Shown here one piece after another: positions 11,279 through 19,891 of a stretch of 64,000 nt of DNA. Location: assembly GCA_046155365.1 (NCBI GenBank), contig JBJXFH010000068.1, positions 8,921-72,920 on the forward strand, written 5' to 3'. A program made the position numbers and the translations under genes. Under the pieces are notes generated by a model. That model was given only the letters and a program-made list of their open reading frames with translations, was not told where the DNA came from and ran no database searches. The DNA is from Acidimicrobiales bacterium. GTDB lineage: Bacteria; Actinomycetota; Acidimicrobiia; Acidimicrobiales; CAIXPF01. Within the stretch, counting starts at the first letter, position 1. Every line of letters begins with the position of its first letter.

Positions 11279-12064
11279 ATGAACGATGCGGTCCTTTACG
11301 AAGTACAGGACGAAATTGCGACGATTACGTTGAATCGTCCGGCGTCATTGAATGCAATGAACAAGGCCCTCCTCGATGGGCTGGTGAATGCGTTACGTCG
11401 AGTGACAGCAGACACTTCTGTGAGGGCAGTTATCCTCACCGGAGCCGGAAGGGGGTTCTGTTCTGGCGCTGATCTAACGGAACAGTGGGATTGGGACGCG
11501 GGCATGCCGCCTTCCGCTGATCTTGTTCCCCGTCTGATCTCCGAGGTTCCGGTGCCCACGATCGCACGGGTGCAGGGCGTGGCCGCTGGTGGCGGCTTTG
11601 GGCTGGCGCTCAGCTGCGACGTGACCATCGCCGCCCGGTCGGCGTCCTTCGTCTGTACCTTCGGCCCTCGCCTTGGTCTGGTGCCCGACATGGGATCGAC
11701 CTGGCACCTGCTGCGCCTGGGGCGAGCTCGTGCCCTGGGTGTGGCGCTGCTGGGCGGCCGAATCCCCGCCCAGCAGGCCGCCGAGTGGGGTCTGATCTGG
11801 TCCGTGGTCGACGACGCCGACTTGGACAGCGAGGTACAGGCCACGGCGGAGGTCTTCAGGCGCAGCTCGCCTGACGCCATGACCCGCATCCGCACCAGCA
11901 TCGAAGCCGCCGGCGGGAACACCCTCATGACACAGCTGGACCTCGAACGAGAGCATGCGGCCGCGCTCATCCGTCGGAACATGGCCGAAGGCGCGGCGGC
12001 CTTCACCGAACGCCGAGAACCCCGATTTGCCGGGACCCGCACGTCGGACGTTGGGGCGAGTTGA
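11279..12064 (+). CDS. Enoyl-CoA hydratase/isomerase (PaaG-like)
   Basis: ITLNRP..NA, GAGRGFCSGADL, AAGGGFGLALSCD, LGLVPDMG. Confidence 0.9.
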   Translation: MNDAVLYEVQDEIATITLNRPASLNAMNKALLDGLVNALRRVTADTSVRAVILTGAGRGFCSGADLTEQWDWDAGMPPSADLVPRLISEVPVPTIARVQGVAAGGGFGLALSCDVTIAARSASFVCTFGPRLGLVPDMGSTWHLLRLGRARALGVALLGGRIPAQQAAEWGLIWSVVDDADLDSEVQATAEVFRRSSPDAMTRIRTSIEAAGGNTLMTQLDLEREHAAALIRRNMAEGAAAFTERREPRFAGTRTSDVGAS

Positions 12065-12107
12065 TCATCGGCCGACCTGCGCTGTATCGCGCCTGTAGGT
12101 TGGGCGT

Positions 12108-12287
12108 GTGGATGGCGAACCTCCGTTCCTCTCTGCTGAGGACCTTGATGCCATGACCCCTGACGAGCGCTTGGCGGCGTTCAAGGCACGGGTCATAACC
12201 GATCTCGACGAAGTGCCAGTCGCGTTCCGTGAGCGCATCCAGGAGACGGCTCGTCGTCTCGGCGAAGAGCGGCGCTCCCGGCGGTGA
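12108..12287 (+). CDS. Small 59-aa protein, candidate antitoxin (not in the ORF track)
   Basis: GTG 12108 gives MDGEPPFLSAEDLDAMTPDERLAAFKARVITDLDEVPVAFRERIQETARRLGEERRSRR; GTGA overlap with the next ORF. Confidence 0.55.
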   Translation: MDGEPPFLSAEDLDAMTPDERLAAFKARVITDLDEVPVAFRERIQETARRLGEERRSRR

Positions 12288-12580
12288 GCGCCCGGCGCCA
12301 CGTTGTGGTGCTGCCCGAGTTCTTCGACCGCCTCGATGACCTTCTCCCGGCGGAGCGCGCCGCTGATGGCACCCCGTCGACGGCGGATTTCGTGCTCCAC
12401 GAGCTGACAAGCATCGTCGAAACCCTGGCGGAGGACTACGAAGGCGTCACTACGCCGATCCCGGGGCGTCAGACGCGGGTGCTGATCACCAGCGGCATGC
12501 TGATTCGGAGCATCGCCATTTACGTCGAACTCACCCCGACCGGAGCTGTCGAGCTCTTCTGGCTCGACATCGACCGGTGA
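12284..12580 (+). CDS. 98-aa hypothetical protein, possible RelE/ParE-fold toxin
   Basis: Size, HVVVLPEFFDRLDDL beta-alpha start, C-terminal beta-strand pattern, translational coupling to a small upstream ORF. Confidence 0.5.
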   Translation: MSARRHVVVLPEFFDRLDDLLPAERAADGTPSTADFVLHELTSIVETLAEDYEGVTTPIPGRQTRVLITSGMLIRSIAIYVELTPTGAVELFWLDIDR

Positions 12581-12651
12581 CGGTCTGACAGAGAGGGACC
12601 GGCATCGCCGAGTGTGCGGACAGGTAAGGTGTCGAAAGCCAGCCAGGCGGT

Positions 12652-13617
12652 GCGGTATTCGCCGACGGGTTCGATCTGGCCGCCGTGAGACATGTCTACG
12701 GCGACGGTGCACTCGACGAGTACGCCCTGCTCGACGTGTTGGAGTCCCTGGTACGCAAATCGTTGCTCACCGCCCGGCGAGTCCGCAGCCGCACCTGGTT
12801 CGGCATGCTCGAAACGATCCGACAGTTCGCCGAGGAGCGCCTGGCCGCCAGCGGCGAACTCGCCAACGTGCGCCACCGCCACGCCGTCTACTTCGCCGCT
12901 GAAGTCACCGACCAGTGGAGGACATGGGACGCCTCAGGCCACCGCGGTCCGCTGGGCTGGGTCGATGCCGAACTCGCCAACCTGCGGGCTGGGTTCCGCT
13001 GGTCGATCGAACGAGCCGACGTCCTCACTGCAGCGGCGATCGCAGCGCATACCTCCATGCTCGCGCACGTCCTCCAGCGGTTTGAACCGGTGCGGTGGGC
13101 CGAGGAGGTCCTTCCCGCGGTGCAGGCCCGGAATCTACGACTGCTGCCACGAGTGCTGACTGCCGCGAGCTATTGCGCGTTCACCGGTCGACCGGAGGAC
13201 GCGGCCCTCGACGGTGACGAGCGTTACGACGCATTCGCCACCGGCTGGAGCGGCATCTGGGAAGCGGGTGCGCATGCCTACGCCGGACGGCCGCAGCGCT
13301 GCCTGGAAATCTGCACCGCGTTGAGCGCAACGACCGGTTTCGCTCGGCTTGTTGGGCTCTGCGGCTCACTGGTGGTGCTCCCGGTACTGGGCCGAGCCGA
13401 GGAAGCCATAAGTGTTGCCGAGGAGATGCTCGCCGAGGCGCGGCGCTACGGCCATCCATACTGGCTTGCCTTTGTGCTGTACGGATACGGGCGCGTGTTC
13501 GCCGAGGCCGACCCGGCCAAGGCATTGGCAGCGTTTCGTGAAGGATTCGACTGTTGCCGTGAGCACGGGCTGCGCTACCGGGAGACGCGACGGGCTCCAG
13601 GTCTGCTGTTCCTTTAG
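12652..13617 (+). pseudogene. Internal fragment of a cyclase-STAND ATPase-TPR paralog, truncated at both ends
   Basis: Begins mid-protein at AVFADGFDLAAV, contains MLETIRQFAEERL and RFEPVRWAEE; similarity to the paralogs ends near 13585. Confidence 0.8.
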
Positions 13618-13659
13618 GCGGAGTCCAGTCGAGCCAGATAAAAGTCCAGGTCAGGCCGG

Positions 13660-13743
13660 TGCCCGGAACGGGATTTGAACCCGTATGGTGTTGCCACCAG
13701 AGGGGTTTAAGCCCTCCACGTCTGCCGATTCCGTCATCCGGGC
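13660..13743 (-). tRNA. tRNA-Leu (anticodon TAA)
   Basis: GCCCGGA/TCCGGGC acceptor stem, anticodon arm GAGGG-CTTAAAC-CCCTC, long variable arm, GGTTCAAATCC T-loop; CCA not encoded. Confidence 0.95.
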
Positions 13744-13791
13744 GCGGGCTCCACGGTAGCGCCACGGCAACGAGCTGCGGCAACGCAACCC

Positions 13792-14148
13792 TCAGGCGGC
13801 TATCGGTGCCTCACCGTCGTGTCCCAGCGCCATGTGCAGCTGGCTTCGGCAGCGGGCGGCGGCGTCTCCACGGAGGTTGTTGGCCACCACCACACCTTCG
13901 ATCAGGTTGACGGTCACCTCCTCCCACGGCCGTCCGTGCAGCAGGACCGCGATGACCACCGACCCATCGGCTCGGCGGCGCACCGTACGGGTAACGCCGG
14001 GCACGGCAGGAGGGCTGCGGTAATCCGGCAGCACCCAGCCACCTTGGCGACACCACCGTCCCACCAGGCGAATGGCGTCCGCAAACAACAGCGATACCGG
14101 CGAGAACGGCGGCACGCACGAATCAGGCAGAGGCATGGGCACCATCAT
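13792..14148 (-). CDS. Hypothetical protein
   Basis: Globular-looking ORF (PDYRSPP..GVTRTVRR..VIAVLLHGRP..LIEGVVVAN) filling the gap upstream of the tRNA; start uncertain. Confidence 0.55.
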   Translation of the reverse strand: MMVPMPLPDSCVPPFSPVSLLFADAIRLVGRWCRQGGWVLPDYRSPPAVPGVTRTVRRRADGSVVIAVLLHGRPWEEVTVNLIEGVVVANNLRGDAAARCRSQLHMALGHDGEAPIAA

Positions 14149-14352
14149 CCTCAGGCCCTATGACAGCCAAGCGCAGACCGACACGGTGGCCCGGGCGAAC
14201 GTCACGTGACCGCTTACCGGAAACCAGCAAGCCTTCGATCCTGACAAGCACTGAGTTACCACCACCCCTGGCGTGTCCTCCAAGCCGTCCCGCTGCAGGG
14301 TGATCATGAGGTGGACCCTTCGCTGTCACACCCCCTGCGTAGGGTTCGCCCC

Positions 14353-15309
14353 ATGAGTTTCGTGCCGCTCGATCAACCGGATGAGCTGACCCTCAACCCT
14401 GCCCAGACTGAGGCGGCGGTGTTGCTGCGCGAGCCCCGTGATCAACGTCCGGTGCATCGCGTGGAACTGCGGGCGGAGCTACGGGCGTTCCTGGAGCAGG
14501 AGTTGCAAGAGATGGCCGCCGGGCTGACCGAGCCGCTGTTCATCTCCAAACACACGCTGGCGTCCGTGCACGGGTGCGAGGAGAAGTTCCTGCACGAGCT
14601 GCACCAACCGTTTGTGGCCAACGCCGCCACCGTCCGCGGCGCGGTGGCCCACAAGGCAATTGAGCTGTCCGTCGCCGCGCCCTCCTACAGCCCGGCCAAG
14701 TTGGTGGATCGTGCCCTGCTGCGCATGAGGGAGGGGCAGGACTGGTCCGCGGATTGGTTGCGCGGGGCTGATGAGCTGGACCAGGCCGAGGTGCGCATCG
14801 CCGCCGCCGATCGGGTGGCCAAGTTCATCGAGTGCTTCCCGCCGCTGCGCAGTGGTTGGCGCCCCGTCGCGGAAAGTCGCTGGGCCCAGGATTTGCACAG
14901 CGGCAAGATCGCGCTGCGGGGGAAGGTGGACCTCACCATCGGCGGCCCCGACGGGATGCGCGCCGGCAAGGTGGTCATTGACCTCAAAACCGGAGGCACC
15001 GTGGTGAACGTGCACGCCGAGGATCTCCGGTTCTACGCCCTGCTCGAAACCCTGCGCCTGGGCACGCCACCATGGAAGATTGCCAGCTATTACCTCGACA
15101 GCGGCACCTTCGCCCTGGAGCTGGTGAACGAGGATCTGCTGTTCCAAGCCGCCCGACGACTGATCGATGGGGCCATCAAGTTTGCCGAGCTCCGCCACGG
15201 TGAACGACCGCCGAGACGGGCACCGGGCCCGGCCTGCCGTTGGTGCGCCCTTTTCGTGGACTGCCCGGATGGCAAACGGGCCCGTGACGCCGATGGGGAT
15301 GAACCGTGA
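14353..15309 (+). CDS. PD-(D/E)XK nuclease family protein (RecB/AddB/Cas4-like, probable Fe-S cluster)
   Basis: HGCE, RGAVAHKAIE, VAE, LRGKVDL, VIDLKTG, LRFYAL, C-terminal CRWC-x5-C. Confidence 0.85.
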   Translation: MSFVPLDQPDELTLNPAQTEAAVLLREPRDQRPVHRVELRAELRAFLEQELQEMAAGLTEPLFISKHTLASVHGCEEKFLHELHQPFVANAATVRGAVAHKAIELSVAAPSYSPAKLVDRALLRMREGQDWSADWLRGADELDQAEVRIAAADRVAKFIECFPPLRSGWRPVAESRWAQDLHSGKIALRGKVDLTIGGPDGMRAGKVVIDLKTGGTVVNVHAEDLRFYALLETLRLGTPPWKIASYYLDSGTFALELVNEDLLFQAARRLIDGAIKFAELRHGERPPRRAPGPACRWCALFVDCPDGKRARDADGDEP

Positions 15310-15494
15310 CTCGGGCGAGACCTTTAGAAATGGGTGCGGCTCGTTTCAAGTGACGTTCGGGGCTGGTTGTCGCTGGGCTGTCCGGGTGTGATGTAGGCGT
15401 TGATCGCGCCGCTGAGGCGGCTTCGGGTATCCACCACTTTGAGTTCTCCGCGTGGCAGAATCTGCTAGTGGTTCGCTAGCAGATTGGAGGTTCT

Positions 15495-15812
15495 ATGATG
15501 ACGGTGATGGCTCAGCGGGGGGCAGCGGTGCCCAAGGTGGTGCGTGGGTCGGTGGTGGTGCACCGGCGCCGTTGCGGCAAGGCGAACTGCCGCTGCGCGA
15601 ACGGGGTGGACCTGCACGAGTCGGTCGTGTTGAGCTACTCGCAGGGGGGCCGCACCAAGTTCTTGATGCTGCCTGACGCCGAGGTGGCCGCGGTGCGCGC
15701 TGCCGTGGAGCGCTATCGCGCCGCGAAGGCCCGGGTTGAGGAACAAGGCAGCGCCGGCCTTGACGAGCTCGTCGCCCGCCTGTCTGGCTCCAAACCGGGT
15801 TCGCAGAAGTGA
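15495..15812 (+). CDS. IS-associated small Cys-rich protein (DUF6788-like)
   Basis: RGSVVVHRRRCGKANCRC..H motif; 4-nt overlap with the transposase. Confidence 0.75.
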   Translation: MMTVMAQRGAAVPKVVRGSVVVHRRRCGKANCRCANGVDLHESVVLSYSQGGRTKFLMLPDAEVAAVRAAVERYRAAKARVEEQGSAGLDELVARLSGSKPGSQK

Positions 15813-17365
15813 GCGCCGCCGGCGGGGACGGGCCGGGGACCGTGTTCGACGCGTGCCGAGCGCAGCTCGAGGCGCTGATCGGATTCCTGGGGGGTGGCGT
15901 GGCGGCATCGATGTCCCATTTCGAGTTGGAACAACGCGTCGGGCTCGACGGCCGTGAAGTGCTGCGCCTGGCCTTACAGGGCCACCTCGACCTGCGCGCG
16001 GGCAGCGAGGTGCGCATCGGGTGCGTCACGGACGCCGGGGGCGTGGCCCGCAGGTCCGTGGAAGCGGGCCACGAGCGGGTGCTCGCCACTGTCTTTGGTG
16101 AGGTGAGGGTGCGCCGCTTGGCCTACCGGGCCCGTGGCCACCCGAACCTGCACCCCGCGGATGGGGCGCTGAACCTGCCAGCGGAACGTCACTCCCACGG
16201 CCTGCGGGAACTCGCAGCAATAGAGGCAGCACGAGGTTCTTTCGAAGACGCCGTAGACGCCATCGGGCGCAGCACCGGCACCCACGTCGCCAAACGCCAG
16301 GTCGAAGCGCTGGCCCAAGCCGCCGCGGTGGACTTCGACGCGTTCTACGCCAGAGCCGCCACCGCGGACGCGGTGGACGCCGGGAAAGCCGCCGTTGTGG
16401 TGGACACCGAACCCGACGAAAGAGCCGACGTGGTCGTGTTGTCCTGTGACGGAAAGGGCATCGTCATGCGCCCCGACGCCCTGCGTCCCACCACCGCCAA
16501 GGCGGCATCGAAGACCAAACCGAAACTCGCCACCCGACTATCCAAAGGAGAAAAGCTCGGTCGTAAACGCATGGCTGAGGTCGGCGCCGTCTACGAGATC
16601 AAACCAGTGCCCCGCACCCCAGCGGACATCATGACCTCCACCAGCGAGGAGGCGCCGCCACCCGCACAAGCACCGAAGGCCAACAACAAATGGGTCATGG
16701 CCAGCGTCGCGCTGCCCGCCGCGACGGTGGTGGCCCGGGTCTTCGACCAAGCCCAAGCCCGCGACCCAACCCACCAGCGACCATGGGTCGCGCTCGTGGA
16801 CGGCAACAACCACCAAATCCACCGGATCAAAGCCGAAGCAGACGCCAGGAACCTCACCGTGCCGATCGTCATCGATTTCATCCATGTCCTTGAGTACCTG
16901 TGGCGGGCAGCCTGGTGCTTCTTCAACGAAGGCGACACCGCCGCGGAAACCTGGGTCCGGGACAAATCCACCGCCGTGCTCAACGGCCAAGCAAGCACCG
17001 TCGCCGCGTCCGTCCGGCGCAAAGCCACCTGCCTGCGCCTTGACCCCGCCAAACGTGCCAACGCGGACACCTGCGCGGACTACCTGCTCCGCAAACGCCC
17101 CTACCTCGACTACCCCACCGCACTGCAGAAAGGGTGGCCCATCGCCACCGGCGTCATCGAAGGTGCCTGCCGACACCTCGTCAAAGACCGCATGGACATC
17201 ACCGGAGCCCGCTGGTCAGTCAACGGCGCCGAAGCCATCCTCAAACTCCGGGCCCTGCTCACCAACCAAGACTTCCCTGCATACTGGCACTTCCACCTCA
17301 CCCAAGAACACCAACGAATCCACGCCACCCACTACGCCAACAGTCTCATCCCCCAAGCCGCCTGA
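15809..17365 (+). CDS. ISKra4-family transposase
   Basis: TVFGEV..RLAY, SCDGKGIVMR, LVDG, IDFIHVLEYLW, GWPIATGVIEGACRHLVKDRMDITGARWS. Confidence 0.92.
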   Translation: MSAAGGDGPGTVFDACRAQLEALIGFLGGGVAASMSHFELEQRVGLDGREVLRLALQGHLDLRAGSEVRIGCVTDAGGVARRSVEAGHERVLATVFGEVRVRRLAYRARGHPNLHPADGALNLPAERHSHGLRELAAIEAARGSFEDAVDAIGRSTGTHVAKRQVEALAQAAAVDFDAFYARAATADAVDAGKAAVVVDTEPDERADVVVLSCDGKGIVMRPDALRPTTAKAASKTKPKLATRLSKGEKLGRKRMAEVGAVYEIKPVPRTPADIMTSTSEEAPPPAQAPKANNKWVMASVALPAATVVARVFDQAQARDPTHQRPWVALVDGNNHQIHRIKAEADARNLTVPIVIDFIHVLEYLWRAAWCFFNEGDTAAETWVRDKSTAVLNGQASTVAASVRRKATCLRLDPAKRANADTCADYLLRKRPYLDYPTALQKGWPIATGVIEGACRHLVKDRMDITGARWSVNGAEAILKLRALLTNQDFPAYWHFHLTQEHQRIHATHYANSLIPQAA

Positions 17366-17390
17366 CGTCACTCCACGAGAGCCGCACCCT

Positions 17391-18239
17391 TTAGAAATCC
17401 AGGCCCACGTCGAGGTTGGGAGCGGAGTGCGTCAACCAGCCGATGGAGATCAGGTCGACACCGGTTTCCGCAACCGCCCGAACCGTGGCCGCGGTGATGC
17501 CGCCGGAAGCCTCCGTCACCAGGCGGCCCCCCACCCGTTGCACCGCGGTGCGAAGATCGGCGGGCGAGAAGTTGTCCAGCAGGACCACGTCCACCCGGTC
17601 CAAGCCCAGCACCACGTCAAGCTGCTCGAGGGAATCAACCTCAACTTCCACCTTCACCAGGTGACCCACCCGCTCCGCCACCCGGGCCACGGCTTGGGCC
17701 ACTCCCCCCGCCACCGCGATGTGGTTGTCCTTGATCAGCACCGCGTCATACAGCCCGAAACGATGGTTGGAACCGCCGCCCATCCGGACCGCGTATTTCT
17801 CCAGTGCACGCAATCCCGGGGTGGTCTTGCGGGTGCAGACGATCTTGGCCCCGGTGCCGGCCACCGCGCTCACCATGACGGCGGTGGCGGTGGCAATGCC
17901 CGACAGGCGGCCCAAAAGGTTCAACGCCGTGCGTTCCACCGTGAGCAACGTGCGGGCGGAGCCGTCCAGACGGGCCAAGCAGGTCCCCGCCGCCACCGCA
18001 TCGCCATCGGCAACAACGGCCTCGAAGCGGAGGTCGGGGTCAAAGTGGGAAAAGGCCGCGGCCGCGACGCCCAGCCCGGCGATGACCCCCGGGGAGCGCA
18101 CAGCGATGGTGGCCGTAGCCTGCTGGCCGGGGCTCACAATGGCGTCGGTGGTGAGATCACCGGCCTGGCCCAGATCCTCCTCGAAGGCCCGGGTCAGCAA
18201 CGGCGCCAGCAGGCGGGGGTGCAACTCGGGATGGTTCAC
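17391..18239 (-). CDS. nadC: Quinolinate phosphoribosyltransferase
   Basis: EDLG..GDLTT, ERTALN, TRKTTPG, HRFGL, IKDNH, LLDN, EASGGI. Confidence 0.97.
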   Translation of the reverse strand: MNHPELHPRLLAPLLTRAFEEDLGQAGDLTTDAIVSPGQQATATIAVRSPGVIAGLGVAAAAFSHFDPDLRFEAVVADGDAVAAGTCLARLDGSARTLLTVERTALNLLGRLSGIATATAVMVSAVAGTGAKIVCTRKTTPGLRALEKYAVRMGGGSNHRFGLYDAVLIKDNHIAVAGGVAQAVARVAERVGHLVKVEVEVDSLEQLDVVLGLDRVDVVLLDNFSPADLRTAVQRVGGRLVTEASGGITAATVRAVAETGVDLISIGWLTHSAPNLDVGLDF

Positions 18240-19891
18240 GTCACAGCCGTTCCTACCGGTATGGCCAGCCGTGCCATGCCGTCAACCAATGCCAGTATCG
18301 CCACCGGATCCGGCGCGGGATGGATCAACGTGCGGGAGGCCTGGGCCCCATCGTTGTGCGGATGGTCCGAACGGAAATGCGCCCCGCGGCTTTCGGTCCG
18401 ACGCCGCGCCGCGGTGAGGATCGCATCCGCCACCACCACGCCATTACGGGCCACCGGCCCCGCGGCACCGTCAGCGGCGGCGGGCCGCAACGCATCAAGT
18501 TCAGCCAAGCCCTTCCCGAGTCCGTCGTGCTCGCGCACCACACCGGCGGCGCGCCACAACAATTCCCGCAATCGGGTGAGCACCGCGGGGTCAGCGGCGG
18601 CACATCCCAGGGCGCTAGCGGCCACCATCACCCGCTCTGGTCGCTCCATGGAACCGGCGACATGAGCGGCCCGGGCAGCGGCGCGGCCCATCACCACCCC
18701 TTCGAGCAGCGAATTGGAGGCCAATCGATTGGCGCCGTGTACGCCGTTGCTGGCGGCCTCGCCGATGACCCACAAACCAGGTCGGGTACTGGCCCCGGTG
18801 ATGTCGGTGGCCACACCGCCCATGCAATAGTGCGCCGCAGGAGAGACCGGCAGCAGCTCGTGACGGGGATCAATGCCCGCGGCTCTGGCGTGGGCGAACA
18901 CGGTGGGGAACCGCTCCGGGAACCGCTCACCAACCGCACGCCGGGCGTCAAGGAAGACCTGGCCGCCTTGGGTCACCCGGCAGTAAATGGCCCGGGCCAC
19001 CACGTCCCTTGGCGCCAACTCGGCATCGGGGTGCACCTCCGGCATGAAGCGGTGACCGCTCTCATCAACCAGCCAGGCGCCTTCACCGCGCAGGGCCTCG
19101 GTGAGCAGCGGCTTGGGGTCCAGCCCTGGTGCCGCCAACGCGGTGGGATGGAACTGCACCATCTCCGGGTCGGCGATGGTGATACCGGCCCGTATGGCCA
19201 TGGCCATGGCCGCCCCTGCAACTTGTGGCGGGTTGGTGGTGGCGGCGAACAAATGACCATACCCACCAGTACCCAAGATCACGGCGTCGGCCAGATGCAG
19301 GGTCAATCCACCGGACCGGTCCTTGCTCAGTACGCCCACCACCCGTTCATCGAGGGGGTCTCGCAGCAGATCAAGCACCATCATCCCCTCGAGCACGGCG
19401 ATGGCGGCATCGGAGCGGACGGCCGCCACCAGCGCCCTCATGATCTCCTTGCCGGTGGCGTCCCCGTTGGCGTGCACGATGCGGTGGCGGCGATGACCGG
19501 CTTCACGCCCAAGGGACAACGCTCCGGCGCCGTCAAGGTCAAAGCGAACACCGCGGCAGCGCAACCAGGCCACCACGTCCGGCCCGTCAGCGGCCAGGGT
19601 TCGGGCGGCTGCGGCATCGCCCACGCCTCCGGACACGGTCACGGTGTCCTGGGCGTGCAAGGTCACCGAATCATCGGCGCCCACCGCAGCGGCCAGGCCG
19701 CCCTGGGCCCAGGGGCTGGAACCGCCGCCCAGTGCGGTGTCCACCAACACCGTCACCGCCGCGGGTTCACCCGGGGCAACCGCGCCGGCACACTCGCTGG
19801 CCTGCAATGCCGCGGACAACGCAGCCACGCCGCCGCCCACCACCAACATCCGGTGGTGCTGCACCGCCAAAGCGCCGTCATCGGCACTCAT
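18236..19891 (-). CDS. nadB: L-aspartate oxidase
   Basis: SPWAQGGLAA, REAGH..RIVHA.GDATG, QFHPT, LLTEALRGEG, ELAPRDVV, HGANRLASNSLLE; ATG 19891 overlaps the nadA stop. Confidence 0.95.
   Translation of the reverse strand: MSADDGALAVQHHRMLVVGGGVAALSAALQASECAGAVAPGEPAAVTVLVDTALGGGSSPWAQGGLAAAVGADDSVTLHAQDTVTVSGGVGDAAAARTLAADGPDVVAWLRCRGVRFDLDGAGALSLGREAGHRRHRIVHANGDATGKEIMRALVAAVRSDAAIAVLEGMMVLDLLRDPLDERVVGVLSKDRSGGLTLHLADAVILGTGGYGHLFAATTNPPQVAGAAMAMAIRAGITIADPEMVQFHPTALAAPGLDPKPLLTEALRGEGAWLVDESGHRFMPEVHPDAELAPRDVVARAIYCRVTQGGQVFLDARRAVGERFPERFPTVFAHARAAGIDPRHELLPVSPAAHYCMGGVATDITGASTRPGLWVIGEAASNGVHGANRLASNSLLEGVVMGRAAARAAHVAGSMERPERVMVAASALGCAAADPAVLTRLRELLWRAAGVVREHDGLGKGLAELDALRPAAADGAAGPVARNGVVVADAILTAARRRTESRGAHFRSDHPHNDGAQASRTLIHPAPDPVAILALVDGMARLAIPVGTAVT

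Larger units (their letters stand above)
15332..17389 (+). mobile_element. ISKra4-like (IS256-related) insertion sequence
   Basis: Inverted repeats GGGTGCGGCTC-N6-AGTGACGT at both ends; 9-bp direct repeat TTTAGAAAT at 15323-15331 and 17390-17398. Confidence 0.9.

Noticed and set aside
13660-13743. bldA-style translational control by tRNA-Leu(TAA), for example of tadB (TTA near 26975)
   Set aside because: TTA codons also occur in nrtR and the 11279 enoyl-CoA hydratase; no evidence of restricted use.
14353-15309. CRISPR-Cas locus suggested by the Cas4-like nuclease
   Set aside because: No cas1/cas2 and no regularly spaced repeat-spacer array seen in the window.
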